Part shown: in pieces, positions 52,488-62,288 of the stretch
Layout: the number at the start of each line of letters is the position of its first letter
Position numbering within the stretch: the first letter of the stretch is position 1
Origin: a virus
Taxonomy: Duplodnaviria > Caudoviricetes
DNA: 64,000 nt
Direction: 5' to 3' (one strand)
IMG/VR virus record: IMGVR_UViG_2811995091_000080
Location: 1-64,000 of that record
Notes under the pieces: model-generated
Databases searched by the model: none
Told to the model about the DNA's origin: nothing
What the model saw: the letters and a program-made list of their open reading frames with translations, nothing else
Translations under genes and position numbers: made by a program

Positions 52488-52674
52488 GATACCGCATTGG
52501 CAGGATGCCCTCGCCAAGCATTTCCATGATGATGGATGCTGGCCCGCTGACGGTTCTAGAGCCGTCCTCATAGCGGCGTATGGTGCGGCTGTCCGATAGG
52601 CGAAGAACGCGGGCAAGCTGACCTTGTGTAAGGTCAGCCCGCTCGCGGATTAATTTAAATTCGGTGGGGGTCAT
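52477..52674 (-). CDS. XRE HTH protein (antitoxin-like) in a moron
   Basis: MTPTEFKLIRERADLTQGQLARVL...TIRRYEDG. Confidence 0.85.
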   Translation of the reverse strand: MTPTEFKLIRERADLTQGQLARVLRLSDSRTIRRYEDGSRTVSGPASIIMEMLGEGILPMRYLNP

Positions 52675-52850
52675 GCCGCCAGTTTCCTCTGTGCCCACCT
52701 CTGCGCACCGGCGATGGTTTTTCCGGTCCAACGGATGGTGGTTATATCAGCGTCATGGATGCCATTGCGTGCGTTTACGTAAAGGGTAGCCCACACACGC
52801 CCATCCTGCTCATTGATGACTACCGCCCGGTTCTCGTTGATGACTATCAT
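52671..52850 (-). CDS. Small beta-rich protein upstream of the XRE gene
   Basis: RBS AAGGG, ATGA overlap with the XRE gene. Confidence 0.6.
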   Translation of the reverse strand: MIVINENRAVVINEQDGRVWATLYVNARNGIHDADITTIRWTGKTIAGAQRWAQRKLAA

Positions 52851-52870
52851 TTCGTTTTCCCTTTCGTGGT

Positions 52871-52929
52871 GGGCCATTGGCCCCTTGCTTCGATAAGTCT
52901 GTTCTAGGACCATTGGTCCGGGCTGGCAA
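52871..52929 (-). promoter_or_regulatory. Moron promoter with two palindromic operators GGRCC-ATT-GGYCC
   Basis: TTGCCA-17-TAGAAC. Palindromes at 52871-52883 and 52907-52919. Confidence 0.7.
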
Positions 52930-53108
52930 GAGAAAAAGTGAGGGATTGTGAAAAAAGTTCGCAACCCCCACGCAACAGCACTGATACACCACAAGCCCCA
53001 GGTAATGGGCAAGCACCGCAAGCGCAGCAGATCGCAGCGCAGGCGGGATGCGATAGAGCGGGAGCAGCGCGGTGACTAAGCGCACACGCGGTCGCAAGTG
53101 GACGGCTT

Positions 53109-53444
53109 ATGCCTAACTCCCCGCCGGTCTTCATGAAGCGCCCAGAGCGCAAGGCATGGAGGCCAGAGAGTAAGCGCGACACAAACCGCATTAGGGGCAG
53201 CAAGGGGCAAAAGCTGCGCAAGAGGCGCATGGAGCGCACTAACTGGCTTTGTGAGGATTGCTCGGCAAAGGGCCTAGTCCGCACCGCTGATGTAGTGGAC
53301 CACATCAAGCCACTTGCTCTTGGCGGCGAGGATGTTGACAGCAACACGCGCAATTTATGCAATGACTGCCATAAGGTCCGCACCAAGGAGCAGTTTGGGC
53401 GTAATACCCCGCCCCCAAGCAAAGTTGACAGACTGCGACCCTAG
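53109..53444 (+). CDS. Terminase-associated HNH endonuclease
   Basis: Near-identical to 10400-10720. Confidence 0.9.
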   Translation: MPNSPPVFMKRPERKAWRPESKRDTNRIRGSKGQKLRKRRMERTNWLCEDCSAKGLVRTADVVDHIKPLALGGEDVDSNTRNLCNDCHKVRTKEQFGRNTPPPSKVDRLRP

Positions 53445-53467
53445 ACACCGCCGCCCCAGCAACATTT
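53421..53467. other. Putative cos region of B (candidate cosN 53449-53457)
   Basis: Identical to A 10713-10759. Confidence 0.6.
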
Positions 53468-53501
53468 TCATATCCCCATAATTCGTTCGGAGGTTTTGAC
53501 G

Positions 53502-53903
53502 ATGGCTCGACCACGCAAACCGACGCACCTCCATGTGGTCAGCGGGGCAGCAGCAAAGCACCCTGACAGGATGCGTGAGCGCGAGGCGGAGCCTGTGACT
53601 GACGATGACATTCGCGGGATCGAGGCCCCGGATTATCTGGACGACGAGCTTGCGGCAATCTGGCGCGAGGTGGCTGGGATGCTTCACGCGCGGGTCGCGT
53701 CCAACCCGGACATGATCGCGCTGGAGGCCCTTGTTAGGCTGGTCGCGCGAATGCGGACTGGCGAGATGTCGGCGGCGGACTACGCGCGTTTGCAAGGCTA
53801 CCTTGGCGAGTTCGGCATGACGCCCGCTAGTCGGTCGAAGGTGTCGCAGGGCAAGAAGGCGGTCGAGAAGAAGGGCTTCGCCGCGCTCAAGGGTGCCGGG
53901 TGA
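53502..53903 (+). CDS. terS: Terminase small subunit
   Basis: Homolog of 10794-11195. Confidence 0.88.
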   Translation: MARPRKPTHLHVVSGAAAKHPDRMREREAEPVTDDDIRGIEAPDYLDDELAAIWREVAGMLHARVASNPDMIALEALVRLVARMRTGEMSAADYARLQGYLGEFGMTPASRSKVSQGKKAVEKKGFAALKGAG

Positions 53904-55576
53904 CGTTCACCGACCGCGCTAAGGCCTACGCCTTGGCTATCACGAAAGGCGAGATTGCCGCTTGCCGACTGGTTCGGCTTTCGTGCCAGCGGTTTCTAGA
54001 CGACCTCGACCGTGGGGATTGGGAGTTCAAGCCCGAGCTGGTGGAGCGGGTCTGCGGCTTCGCGGAATTGATGCCGCACGTTAAGGGCAAGTGGGCGCGA
54101 ACGCGAGAGTTCATCAAGCTTGAGGACTGGCAGGTCTTCATTCTCGCTTGCCTGTTCGGGTTTGTGGATCGCGATGGGCGGCGGCGGTTCCGCCAAGCCT
54201 ACATCATGCTGCCGAGGAAGCAGGGTAAGTCAATTCTCGCTGCGGTGATCGGCCTCTATATGCTGACCCTCGACGGCGAAGCAGGTGCGGAGGTCTACTG
54301 CGGCGCGACTAGCGAGGCGCAGGCATGGGAAGTGTTCCGCCCCGCTAAGCAGATGGCGCAACAGGCAGGTGAAACTCCTGGCGAGTTCTTGGCGGAGTTC
54401 GACGCGGATGTTGCCGCGAAGTCGATCTACACAGCGGACGGATCTCGCTTTCAGCCGGTGATCGGCAAGCCGGGGGACGGTAGCTCCCCGCATTGTGCGA
54501 TCATTGACGAATACCACGAACACGACACGCCCGACCAGTTCGACACGATGCTGACCGGCATGGGCGCTCGCGAGCAACCGCTGGCGCTGGTGATTACTAC
54601 AGCGGGCGATAACGTTGGTGGCCCCTGCCACGACATGCAGAAGTTTGCCGAGGATGTACTGGAGGGCGTCATCGGAGACGATCAGTTCTTCGGTATCATC
54701 TACACGATAGACAAGACCGACGACTGGCGCGACTTCGATGTTTGGAAGAAGGCCAACCCGAACCTTGGCGTCTCGATCTTCGAGGACTTTCTGAGGGCGC
54801 GGCACCAAGAGGCGATCAACCGGCCCTCAAAGCAGGGCATCAACCTGACGAAGCACCTCAACGTATGGGTTTCCTCGCGCGACGCCTGGTTGAATATGTC
54901 CGACTGGCAGGCTTGCGCTGACGGTGGGTTGACGCTGGAAGAGATGGCAGGGTGTGAGGCATGGATCGGCCTCGACCTTGCAACGAAGGTAGACGTTGCC
55001 GCGCTGGTCGCAAAGATCAGGATGGCAGACGGGCGCTTTGCCTACTGGCCGTTCTTCTACCTGCCGGAAGCGCAGGTTCTAGAAGGCAAGTCAAAGAACT
55101 CGGCGGCGTATGGCGGTTGGGCGGCATCGGGCCACCTGAACCTGACGCCGGGGGACGCAACAGATTTTGAGTATGTGGCCGAAGACATTCGGAAGCTGGC
55201 GAAGCTTCTGGATGTGCAGGCTTTAGGCTTCGACCCTTATCAGGGTCATCATCTTTCACAGCAGCTTATGAGTGAAGGGCTGCCGGTTATCGAATACCCG
55301 ATGCAGACGCGCACTCTGTCCCCGCCAATGCGGGAGATGGAGGCGGCGATTGCGGCGAAGAGGCGTGTTCACCCCGGCAACCCGATGTTCGACTGGATGG
55401 CTTCCAACGTTACGGCGAAGGAAGACGGGCGCGGCAATATCTATCCGCGCAAACCGCACGGGCAGGACCACCTGAAGATCGACGGAATAACGGCTGCGCT
55501 GATGGCGGAGGGACTGAGCATGGAAGAAACCGAAGGCCGCTCCGTTTATGAAGAACGCGGGATCTTGGTGTTCTGA
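53900..55576 (+). CDS. terL: Terminase large subunit
   Basis: Homolog of 11192-12868. Confidence 0.96.
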   Translation: MTFTDRAKAYALAITKGEIAACRLVRLSCQRFLDDLDRGDWEFKPELVERVCGFAELMPHVKGKWARTREFIKLEDWQVFILACLFGFVDRDGRRRFRQAYIMLPRKQGKSILAAVIGLYMLTLDGEAGAEVYCGATSEAQAWEVFRPAKQMAQQAGETPGEFLAEFDADVAAKSIYTADGSRFQPVIGKPGDGSSPHCAIIDEYHEHDTPDQFDTMLTGMGAREQPLALVITTAGDNVGGPCHDMQKFAEDVLEGVIGDDQFFGIIYTIDKTDDWRDFDVWKKANPNLGVSIFEDFLRARHQEAINRPSKQGINLTKHLNVWVSSRDAWLNMSDWQACADGGLTLEEMAGCEAWIGLDLATKVDVAALVAKIRMADGRFAYWPFFYLPEAQVLEGKSKNSAAYGGWAASGHLNLTPGDATDFEYVAEDIRKLAKLLDVQALGFDPYQGHHLSQQLMSEGLPVIEYPMQTRTLSPPMREMEAAIAAKRRVHPGNPMFDWMASNVTAKEDGRGNIYPRKPHGQDHLKIDGITAALMAEGLSMEETEGRSVYEERGILVF

Positions 55577-56844
55577 TGGGCTTTCTAACGTTCATCTCGG
55601 ACTGGATTGACCCGCCTAGCGTCGAACCTACGGCAGTTGCGCCTGCGGTCCCGGTGCAGGCTTATTCGGTGATCGACCTCGCGAGCGATGCTGGCCTAGA
55701 GGACTTCCTGCGCAACGGTAGCGGCAACCTTGCTGGGGCCACGATGAACCGCAAGACCGTGATGCGGAACACCGCTGTTAAGCGCAGCGTCAACCTCATC
55801 TCGAATGTCATGGGTATGCTGCCCCTGCACCTTTTGCAGAAGGCCGATGGAGGGGATGACAAGAAGGCCCGCGATCACGCGCTGTTCGAGATCCTTGCCG
55901 ACAAGACGAACACGCAGCAGGACGCTTTTCAGTTCCGCCGCCTTGTGCAGCGTTGGGCGCTGGTCGATGGCAATGGCTATGCCGAAGTGTTGCGCTCGCG
56001 CGGACGTATTACCGGATTGATGCCGATACACCCTAGCAAGGTGCAAAAGCGCGAGAACTGGGGCGACCCGTACAAAGTCAACAACTCCAACGGCGGCACG
56101 CGGGTTATCGCGCCCGAGAATATGTTCCACCTTATGGGTGACAGCGACGATGGCCTTAACGGCATCTCGCTGCTGGACGAGGCTGCGGATGCGTTGGGTC
56201 TTGCGCTCCAAGCGGACAAGGCGGCAGCACGGCTGTTCAAGCACGGCGCGCTAATTCGCGATGTGCTGTCCAAAGAGGGCAAACTCAGCCCCGAGGCAAT
56301 CGCCAATCTGAAGGCCAGCCTTGGCGATGAATACGGCGGTTCGGACAACGCCAACCGCACCTTGGTTCTCGAAGAGGGCCTTAAATACCAATCCGTGCAG
56401 GCGAACGCGAAGGACAGCCAGCACCTAGAAACCCGCGACCACCAGATCGAGGAAATCGCCCGCGTGTTCGGGATGCCGCGCCCGTTCCTGATGATGGACG
56501 ATACAAGCTGGGGCAGCGGGATCGAGCAGCTTGGCATCTACTTCACAACCTACACGCTCGCGCCGTGGCTCAAAGCTTGGGAATCGGCAATCAGCCGCAT
56601 TCTCCTGACCAACGAAGAGCGCCGAAGCGGGCTTTATCCGAAGTTCAATGAGCGTGCCTTGCTGCGCGGTTCGATGGCCGACCAGGCCGAGTTCTTTAGC
56701 AAGATGATGGGTTCCGGCGGCTCGCCGCAGATCATGGAACAGAATGAGGCTCGGGCGCTGCTCGACCTTCCCGAGCACCCGGAAGGTTCCGGGCTTAACA
56801 GCGGCGCAGTCAATGGAGGTGGCGACAATGCCCCGACCGAATAA
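55576..56844 (+). CDS. Portal protein
   Basis: Homolog of 12868-14136. Confidence 0.95.
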   Translation: MGFLTFISDWIDPPSVEPTAVAPAVPVQAYSVIDLASDAGLEDFLRNGSGNLAGATMNRKTVMRNTAVKRSVNLISNVMGMLPLHLLQKADGGDDKKARDHALFEILADKTNTQQDAFQFRRLVQRWALVDGNGYAEVLRSRGRITGLMPIHPSKVQKRENWGDPYKVNNSNGGTRVIAPENMFHLMGDSDDGLNGISLLDEAADALGLALQADKAAARLFKHGALIRDVLSKEGKLSPEAIANLKASLGDEYGGSDNANRTLVLEEGLKYQSVQANAKDSQHLETRDHQIEEIARVFGMPRPFLMMDDTSWGSGIEQLGIYFTTYTLAPWLKAWESAISRILLTNEERRSGLYPKFNERALLRGSMADQAEFFSKMMGSGGSPQIMEQNEARALLDLPEHPEGSGLNSGAVNGGGDNAPTE

Positions 56845-57661
56845 GATCCGTCTCAACACCAGCCGGAAGGTCACGGCCCTCACTAGCGAGGGGGCGCTTG
56901 ATCGCTGGCAGCCTGCCATTCAGGCGGCAGTCGAGGATGACAACACGATTAGCGTTTATGACGTTATCGGTGAGGACTTCTGGACCGGCGAAGGCGTGAC
57001 GGTGAAGCGGATCGACGCGGCCCTTCGCAAGATCGGCAACCGTGACGTTGTGGTCAATATCAACAGCCCCGGCGGCGATGTCTTCGAGGGGATCGCAATC
57101 TACAATCGCCTGCGCGAGCATCCGGCGAAGGTGCAGGTAAAGGTGATGGGCCTGGCTGCTTCCGCCGCCTCGATTATCGCGATGGCCGGTGATGAGGTGC
57201 AGATTGGCGAAGCGTCCTTCCTGATGATCCATAACGCTTGGGTCATGGCGGTAGGCAACCAGTTTGACCTGCGCGAAGTCGCTGACTTCCTTGCACCGTT
57301 CGATGAGGCCCTGCGCGATGTTTACGTGCAGCGAACCGGCACCGACGCAAGCGAGGTTGAGGCCATGATGAAGGCTGAAACCTGGATTAGCGGCAAGAAG
57401 GCTGTCGAAACCGGCTTTGCCGACACGCTGCTGAGCGCGGATGAAACCAAGCAAGTCGAGAATGCGGCTAACCCGCAGATCAATGCCTTGCGCCGCGCTG
57501 AAGCCAATCTTTGCAAGGAAATGCCCCGCTCGGCGGCGCGTGACCTGCTCAACCAGATCAAGGGCAAGCAAGACGCTGCCCCTGACCCCGCCACGCAGGA
57601 CGCTGGCGACCCTGAACTGTCCACCGCCCTTGCTGGGTTGCTGGATACCATTCGGGCCTAG
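56828..57661 (+). CDS. ClpP-like head maturation protease
   Basis: Homolog of 14120-14953. Confidence 0.93.
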   Translation: MPRPNKIRLNTSRKVTALTSEGALDRWQPAIQAAVEDDNTISVYDVIGEDFWTGEGVTVKRIDAALRKIGNRDVVVNINSPGGDVFEGIAIYNRLREHPAKVQVKVMGLAASAASIIAMAGDEVQIGEASFLMIHNAWVMAVGNQFDLREVADFLAPFDEALRDVYVQRTGTDASEVEAMMKAETWISGKKAVETGFADTLLSADETKQVENAANPQINALRRAEANLCKEMPRSAARDLLNQIKGKQDAAPDPATQDAGDPELSTALAGLLDTIRA

Positions 57662-57690
57662 CGCCCATTTTTACGACAGGAAGTAACACA

Positions 57691-58938
57691 ATGACTAAGA
57701 TGATCGCTGGCGCGGGTCTTGCCGCCCTCGCCGCTAACGCTCCGCGTGGCCTTGTTGCCATGCCCCGTGCCGAAGCCAACGACCCGAAGGCTCTGGTCGC
57801 TCAGCTCAACAACGCCTTTGAAGAGTTCAAGGCCGCTCAGGACGAGAAGCTTGCCTCCAAGGCAGACGATGTTGTCCTGAACGAGAAGGTTGACCGCCTC
57901 AACAACGCAATGTCGGACATTGAGGCTGCGCTGAACGAGAAGATCGCCGCTGCGCAGACCGTCAGCCCGCAGGGTGACATGAAGCCGACGGACCCCGAAT
58001 ACCTCAACGCCTTTAAGGCGCACATGCGTAAGGGTGATGTGCAGGCTGCCATGACCGTTGGCACCGACGCGGATGGTGGCTACCTCGCTCCGGTCGAGTG
58101 GGATCGCACCGTTACCAATGCGCTGAAGCAGCGTTCGCCCATCCGCGACAATGCCCAGGTCATCACGATCAGCGGAACCGGCTTTAGCCGCGTTTACAAT
58201 GATGGTGTGGTCGGTAGTGGCTGGGTCGGTGAAACCGCCGCCCGTCCCGAGACCTCCACTCCGGGCCTGTCCACCCTCAACTTCGAGACCGGCGAACTCT
58301 ACGCTAACCCTGCTATTTCGCAGAAGGCGCTGGATGACGTTGCAATCGACCTTGAAGGCTGGATTCGTGACGAGGTTTCGGGCGAGTTCGCCATTCAGGA
58401 AAACATCGCTTTCCTGAGCGGCAACGGCACGAACAAGCCGTTCGGCATCCTCACCTACGTCACGGGCGCGACCAACGCTGCGAAGCACCCGTTCGGCGCT
58501 ATCGAAGCCGTGGACGGCACCGGCACCTCGCTGACTGACAGCGATGACCTGCTGAACGTCATCTACGACCTGCCGAGCGAGCGCAACGGCAACGCCAAGT
58601 GGTATATGAACCGCACCACGCTGGGCGTCATTCGCTCGCTGAAGGATGGCGATGGGAACTACCTGTGGCAGCCTTCGTATCAGGCTGACCAGCCCTCTTC
58701 GCTCGCCGGTTATTCGGTGATCGAGGTTCCGGGTATGCCCGACATCGGCGCAAGCGCGGTTCCGGCTCTGTTCGGTGATATGGCGATGACCTATCTGGTT
58801 GTCGATCGCGTGGGCCTTCGCGTCCTGCGTGACCCGTTCACCAACAAGCCGTTCGTCCACTTCTACACGACCAAGCGCGTCGGTGGCGGGGTCCAGAACC
58901 CCGAATACATGCGCGCTCTGAAGATGGCCGCTTCGTAA
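57691..58938 (+). CDS. Major capsid protein (HNH-free allele)
   Basis: Homolog of 14983-16230. Confidence 0.96.
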   Translation: MTKMIAGAGLAALAANAPRGLVAMPRAEANDPKALVAQLNNAFEEFKAAQDEKLASKADDVVLNEKVDRLNNAMSDIEAALNEKIAAAQTVSPQGDMKPTDPEYLNAFKAHMRKGDVQAAMTVGTDADGGYLAPVEWDRTVTNALKQRSPIRDNAQVITISGTGFSRVYNDGVVGSGWVGETAARPETSTPGLSTLNFETGELYANPAISQKALDDVAIDLEGWIRDEVSGEFAIQENIAFLSGNGTNKPFGILTYVTGATNAAKHPFGAIEAVDGTGTSLTDSDDLLNVIYDLPSERNGNAKWYMNRTTLGVIRSLKDGDGNYLWQPSYQADQPSSLAGYSVIEVPGMPDIGASAVPALFGDMAMTYLVVDRVGLRVLRDPFTNKPFVHFYTTKRVGGGVQNPEYMRALKMAAS

Positions 58939-58989
58939 GAACTGGCGGGAGGGTTTCGGCCCTCCCCCAACCCCTTTGGGAGAATACCA

Positions 58990-59202
58990 ATGACCAAGAA
59001 GAAAGACGGCGAGATGGAAGCTTCGGGCGCTATCATCGCGAAAGAAGACAAGGCAATCGACACCAGCCATCCGGCGGTCGATGCCAACCCGCGCCAGGGC
59101 GACGACCTTCCGCCCGAGGCCAATCAGATCGACTTCAACGTTCCTTCGGCGCAGAAGCCTGCCAAGGAAGCTGTTGCGGACAACCTGAAGGCGCAGGACT
59201 AA
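58990..59202 (+). CDS. Small acidic protein after capsid
   Basis: Identical to 16984-17196. Confidence 0.75.
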   Translation: MTKKKDGEMEASGAIIAKEDKAIDTSHPAVDANPRQGDDLPPEANQIDFNVPSAQKPAKEAVADNLKAQD

Positions 59203-59227
59203 GCGTGCGGCGGCGGAGGGCGCAACG

Positions 59228-59770
59228 ATGACTTACAACCTTCGCCGCCTCACCCCTATTGCTGGTGAGGATGTGTTGCCGCTCGCTGATGCGAAGCTGT
59301 CCGCGCATATCACCAGCGACGACGAGGACACTGTGCTTGCGGGCTTCCGTGATGCTGCGTTGTCGGAAGTCGAGAAGCTATCCGGCTATGCAGTAGATGG
59401 CGGGCAATTCGTATGGGAGCAGCCCCGCTTCGGTCGGCACAATGTCCTGCCGGTTCGCGGTGCGACCTCGATTGATAGCGTGGCCTATATGGGCACCGAT
59501 GGCGTTAGCGCGAGCTATGCGGACGCGCGGCTAGTCAACGGCGCAGCTTATCCCGCTGTCGGTGGATCTTGGCCCACGGCCTACGGCTCGGCAGCAATTA
59601 CCTTCACGGTGGACGCCGCACCGGCTGACAAGCTGGCGCTGCTGATTATCGCGGCGCAGCTAAAGTTTCAGGTCTTCGAGAACCGAGGGCGCGACGACGC
59701 CAAGTATATCGAAGGCATCGAGATGGCGATTGCCTCCACTCTCAATTCGATCCGTGGCGACGCGCTGTGA
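59228..59770 (+). CDS. Head-tail connector
   Basis: Homolog of 17222-17764. Confidence 0.8.
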   Translation: MTYNLRRLTPIAGEDVLPLADAKLSAHITSDDEDTVLAGFRDAALSEVEKLSGYAVDGGQFVWEQPRFGRHNVLPVRGATSIDSVAYMGTDGVSASYADARLVNGAAYPAVGGSWPTAYGSAAITFTVDAAPADKLALLIIAAQLKFQVFENRGRDDAKYIEGIEMAIASTLNSIRGDAL

Positions 59771-60090
59771 CCGCAGGACGTAGGGACAAGCTTGTGACGC
59801 TGGAGCGGTTCACCTCGACCCAGAACGACTACGGCGAAGAGGTTGAGACTTGGGCTGCTATCGGCACCGAATGGGCAGCGGTTTACTACGGCAAGGGAAG
59901 CGAGCGTCGGCAGGCTGCAATGGAACAGGGAAGCCAGCCCGCTAACTTCCAGTTCCTATCGAACGCGCAGACACGGGGGCTGACGCTAAAGGACCGCATT
60001 GAGCATAACGGGAGCTGGGATATTGTCGGGATCAGCCCCGATACGCCCGAGCGCGGATTGCTAGAGGTTACGGCAGTTCGTGCAGCCTAG
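59767..60090 (+). CDS. Head closure / adaptor
   Basis: Homolog of 17761-18087. Confidence 0.85.
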   Translation: MTAGRRDKLVTLERFTSTQNDYGEEVETWAAIGTEWAAVYYGKGSERRQAAMEQGSQPANFQFLSNAQTRGLTLKDRIEHNGSWDIVGISPDTPERGLLEVTAVRAA

Positions 60091-60407
60091 GCGCAACGCT
60101 CGAGGGCTGAGCGATAAGGGATAAGCCCGTTCACCCTCCACACCTTGCCCGCGCCATCGTTTGCAATGGTGATGAACAGCGTTGTGGCATTTTCCTGCAC
60201 GAAGGTAACTGTCGTTTCGCTCTCGTCTTGAAGGACTGAGGGCGCACCAATCTTCGACACGCTTTCGGAGATGCACTGGGCAACGCGCATCGGTGGCTTG
60301 GCGGTCTGGAAGGTATGGACTGGCGGACGGGTGCGCAGGTCTGAAGCGGTTGTCGTGCAAGCTGTAATACTGGCGGCTGCGAATAGTGCGAGTGCGGTTC
60401 TTTTCAT
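60087..60407 (-). CDS. Antisense moron lipoprotein
   Basis: MKRTALALFAAASITAC. Homolog of 18084-18404. Confidence 0.8.
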   Translation of the reverse strand: MKRTALALFAAASITACTTTASDLRTRPPVHTFQTAKPPMRVAQCISESVSKIGAPSVLQDESETTVTFVQENATTLFITIANDGAGKVWRVNGLIPYRSALERCA

Positions 60408-60461
60408 GGCCCAGCAATAGCGGCCAAGTTTAGCAAAAAGTCAAGCAGAGGGGTTTCAGCG

Positions 60462-60653
60462 ATGACGCGAGTTAGAACCTTGCAGTGGCATCGTAATGTC
60501 CACGGCGAACACAACCGGGGCGACGAATACAACCACGACCGCCCCGCGACCGATATTCAGTTCGGCTACGTCGAGGAAGTAACGGCAGAGACGGAATCCT
60601 TCGAGCCTTTCCAGCCCTTCGGGGACGAAGAAGGCGAAGCGGAACCCGAATGA
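60462..60653 (+). CDS. Small acidic protein
   Basis: RBS GAGG, ATGA overlap with gp10. Confidence 0.5.
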   Translation: MTRVRTLQWHRNVHGEHNRGDEYNHDRPATDIQFGYVEEVTAETESFEPFQPFGDEEGEAEPE

Positions 60654-61051
60654 GGTTCCACCTTGATGGCGTCGAAGATGCCCTGCGCAATCTTGAGGCT
60701 ATCGAAGAGGCGGTATCTGACCGCGAATTGCAGGCGGATGGCCTAGAGGCGCTAGAGCCGGTGGTAAAGGACGCACAAAGCCTTGCCCCGGTCGATCAGG
60801 GCGACCTGCGCGACAGCATCGAGGCAACGGTATTTGAAGATGGTTCGGTCGGGGTAATTATCCGCGACTGGAAGGGGCATTTCTTCGAGTTCGGCACCGT
60901 CCATATGCGGGCCACCCCGATGCTTATGCCCGCGTGGGATGCGAACGTTAGCGAGGTGAGTAACGCCTTTGCTGATCGCATCCGCGCTCGCATCGAGGGC
61001 GCACCTCGCGTCAACCGCAGCCGCACGGCTCTAAGGACTGAGGGGCTGTAA
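60650..61051 (+). CDS. HK97 gp10-like protein (divergent from A)
   Basis: APVDQGDLRDSI, EFGTVHMRATPMLMPA. Confidence 0.88.
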   Translation: MRFHLDGVEDALRNLEAIEEAVSDRELQADGLEALEPVVKDAQSLAPVDQGDLRDSIEATVFEDGSVGVIIRDWKGHFFEFGTVHMRATPMLMPAWDANVSEVSNAFADRIRARIEGAPRVNRSRTALRTEGL

Positions 61052-61462
61052 ATGGAAAAAGACCTTCAAGACCGCCTGCGGGATGCACTTAGCGGGACTT
61101 TAGGCGAAGCATTTAACCGCCCCGCCGTCGATTGGAACGAACGCAAGAGCAACGACCGCAGCGCCTTCCCGGCCATCGTCCTGACGACCGTTTCGCCGGG
61201 GCATGACTATGTGCAGGGCGGCACGGACGCACTGAAGCAGCCGCGCATTCGGGCTGAGATATTCGACCTCACCCCGCTGAGCGTCAAGGCAACCAAAACG
61301 GCGGTCATCGAAGAGATGGAAACCAGCGCCAGCCAAGGCGCTACCCAGTTTAGCAAATCACGCCTCGCCTTCGAGCGGGACACGGACCCCGAGGACCTTC
61401 CGGGGGGATTGAAGGTCTTTCGGACGATACTCGACTTCTTCGTCCCTCACTCTCCACTTTAG
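61052..61462 (+). CDS. Tail terminator-like protein
   Basis: Synteny, RIRAEIFD. Confidence 0.72.
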   Translation: MEKDLQDRLRDALSGTLGEAFNRPAVDWNERKSNDRSAFPAIVLTTVSPGHDYVQGGTDALKQPRIRAEIFDLTPLSVKATKTAVIEEMETSASQGATQFSKSRLAFERDTDPEDLPGGLKVFRTILDFFVPHSPL

Positions 61463-61474
61463 AGGATAAACACC

Positions 61475-61927
61475 ATGCCTGATTACGTCGAAGGCGTCGT
61501 CGCCATCGAAGAAGAGCTGCACCTTACGGACGGCTCGGGAACTCTCACTCAAATCCTTGGCCTGAAGGGCATCAAGGAACCCAGCTTCACGCTCGATGAG
61601 GTCGAAGACACCGACATGGCCAGCGGCGGGGTTAAGGACTACGTTGCCGGTCTGGGCGACTGGACGCTTTTCGAGGCGACCATCAAGCACCGCCCCGGCA
61701 GCGACGAGCATGTCCTGATCGAAGAGCATCTGCTGAGCCGCGAACGGCGCGCCTTCAAGATCGTTCTGCGCGCGGACAATGACGGCTCGACGGTCGAAGG
61801 AACCGGCGAAATCCTGCTGCTGGCTTATGACAAGCCGAACCGCGCACCGGGCGCTGTTGTGGACGCAACCCTTCGCGGTCGCGTGCGCCAATACACCGAG
61901 GGCGCAGTAACGGCACCGGGTTCGTAA
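61475..61927 (+). CDS. Major tail tube protein (divergent from A)
   Basis: EDTDM...KDYVAGLGD, synteny. Confidence 0.82.
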   Translation: MPDYVEGVVAIEEELHLTDGSGTLTQILGLKGIKEPSFTLDEVEDTDMASGGVKDYVAGLGDWTLFEATIKHRPGSDEHVLIEEHLLSRERRAFKIVLRADNDGSTVEGTGEILLLAYDKPNRAPGAVVDATLRGRVRQYTEGAVTAPGS

Positions 61928-61928
61928 G

Positions 61929-62288
61929 ATGGGGAACCGTCTCGAAGGAACCGCGACGTTCGACTATGAGGGTCAGACCTACCGCCTGACCCTCAACAAC
62001 CGCGTTCTGATGGATGCCGAGCGAGTGCTTGGTTATTCTTCGCTCGACGCGGCAGAAGAGGCGCGACAGGCGCTGGCAGTCGGGCGCAACCCGATGCTTC
62101 GCACTGTCGTCGCTATCTTTTACGGCGCGCTGCACCAGAACCACCCGGCTGTGACCGAGGACGAAGCTATCGACATGTTCATGGCTGACGATCCGGCACC
62201 GCAAACCGCGTTCAAGGAAATCCTCCTTGGCGTGGAACCGCCTAAGCCGGTGGGAAACGGACGCAAGAAGGCGGCAGCAAAGAAGTAG
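61929..62288 (+). CDS. Tail assembly chaperone G
   Basis: Synteny, slippery site. Confidence 0.8.
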   Translation: MGNRLEGTATFDYEGQTYRLTLNNRVLMDAERVLGYSSLDAAEEARQALAVGRNPMLRTVVAIFYGALHQNHPAVTEDEAIDMFMADDPAPQTAFKEILLGVEPPKPVGNGRKKAAAKK

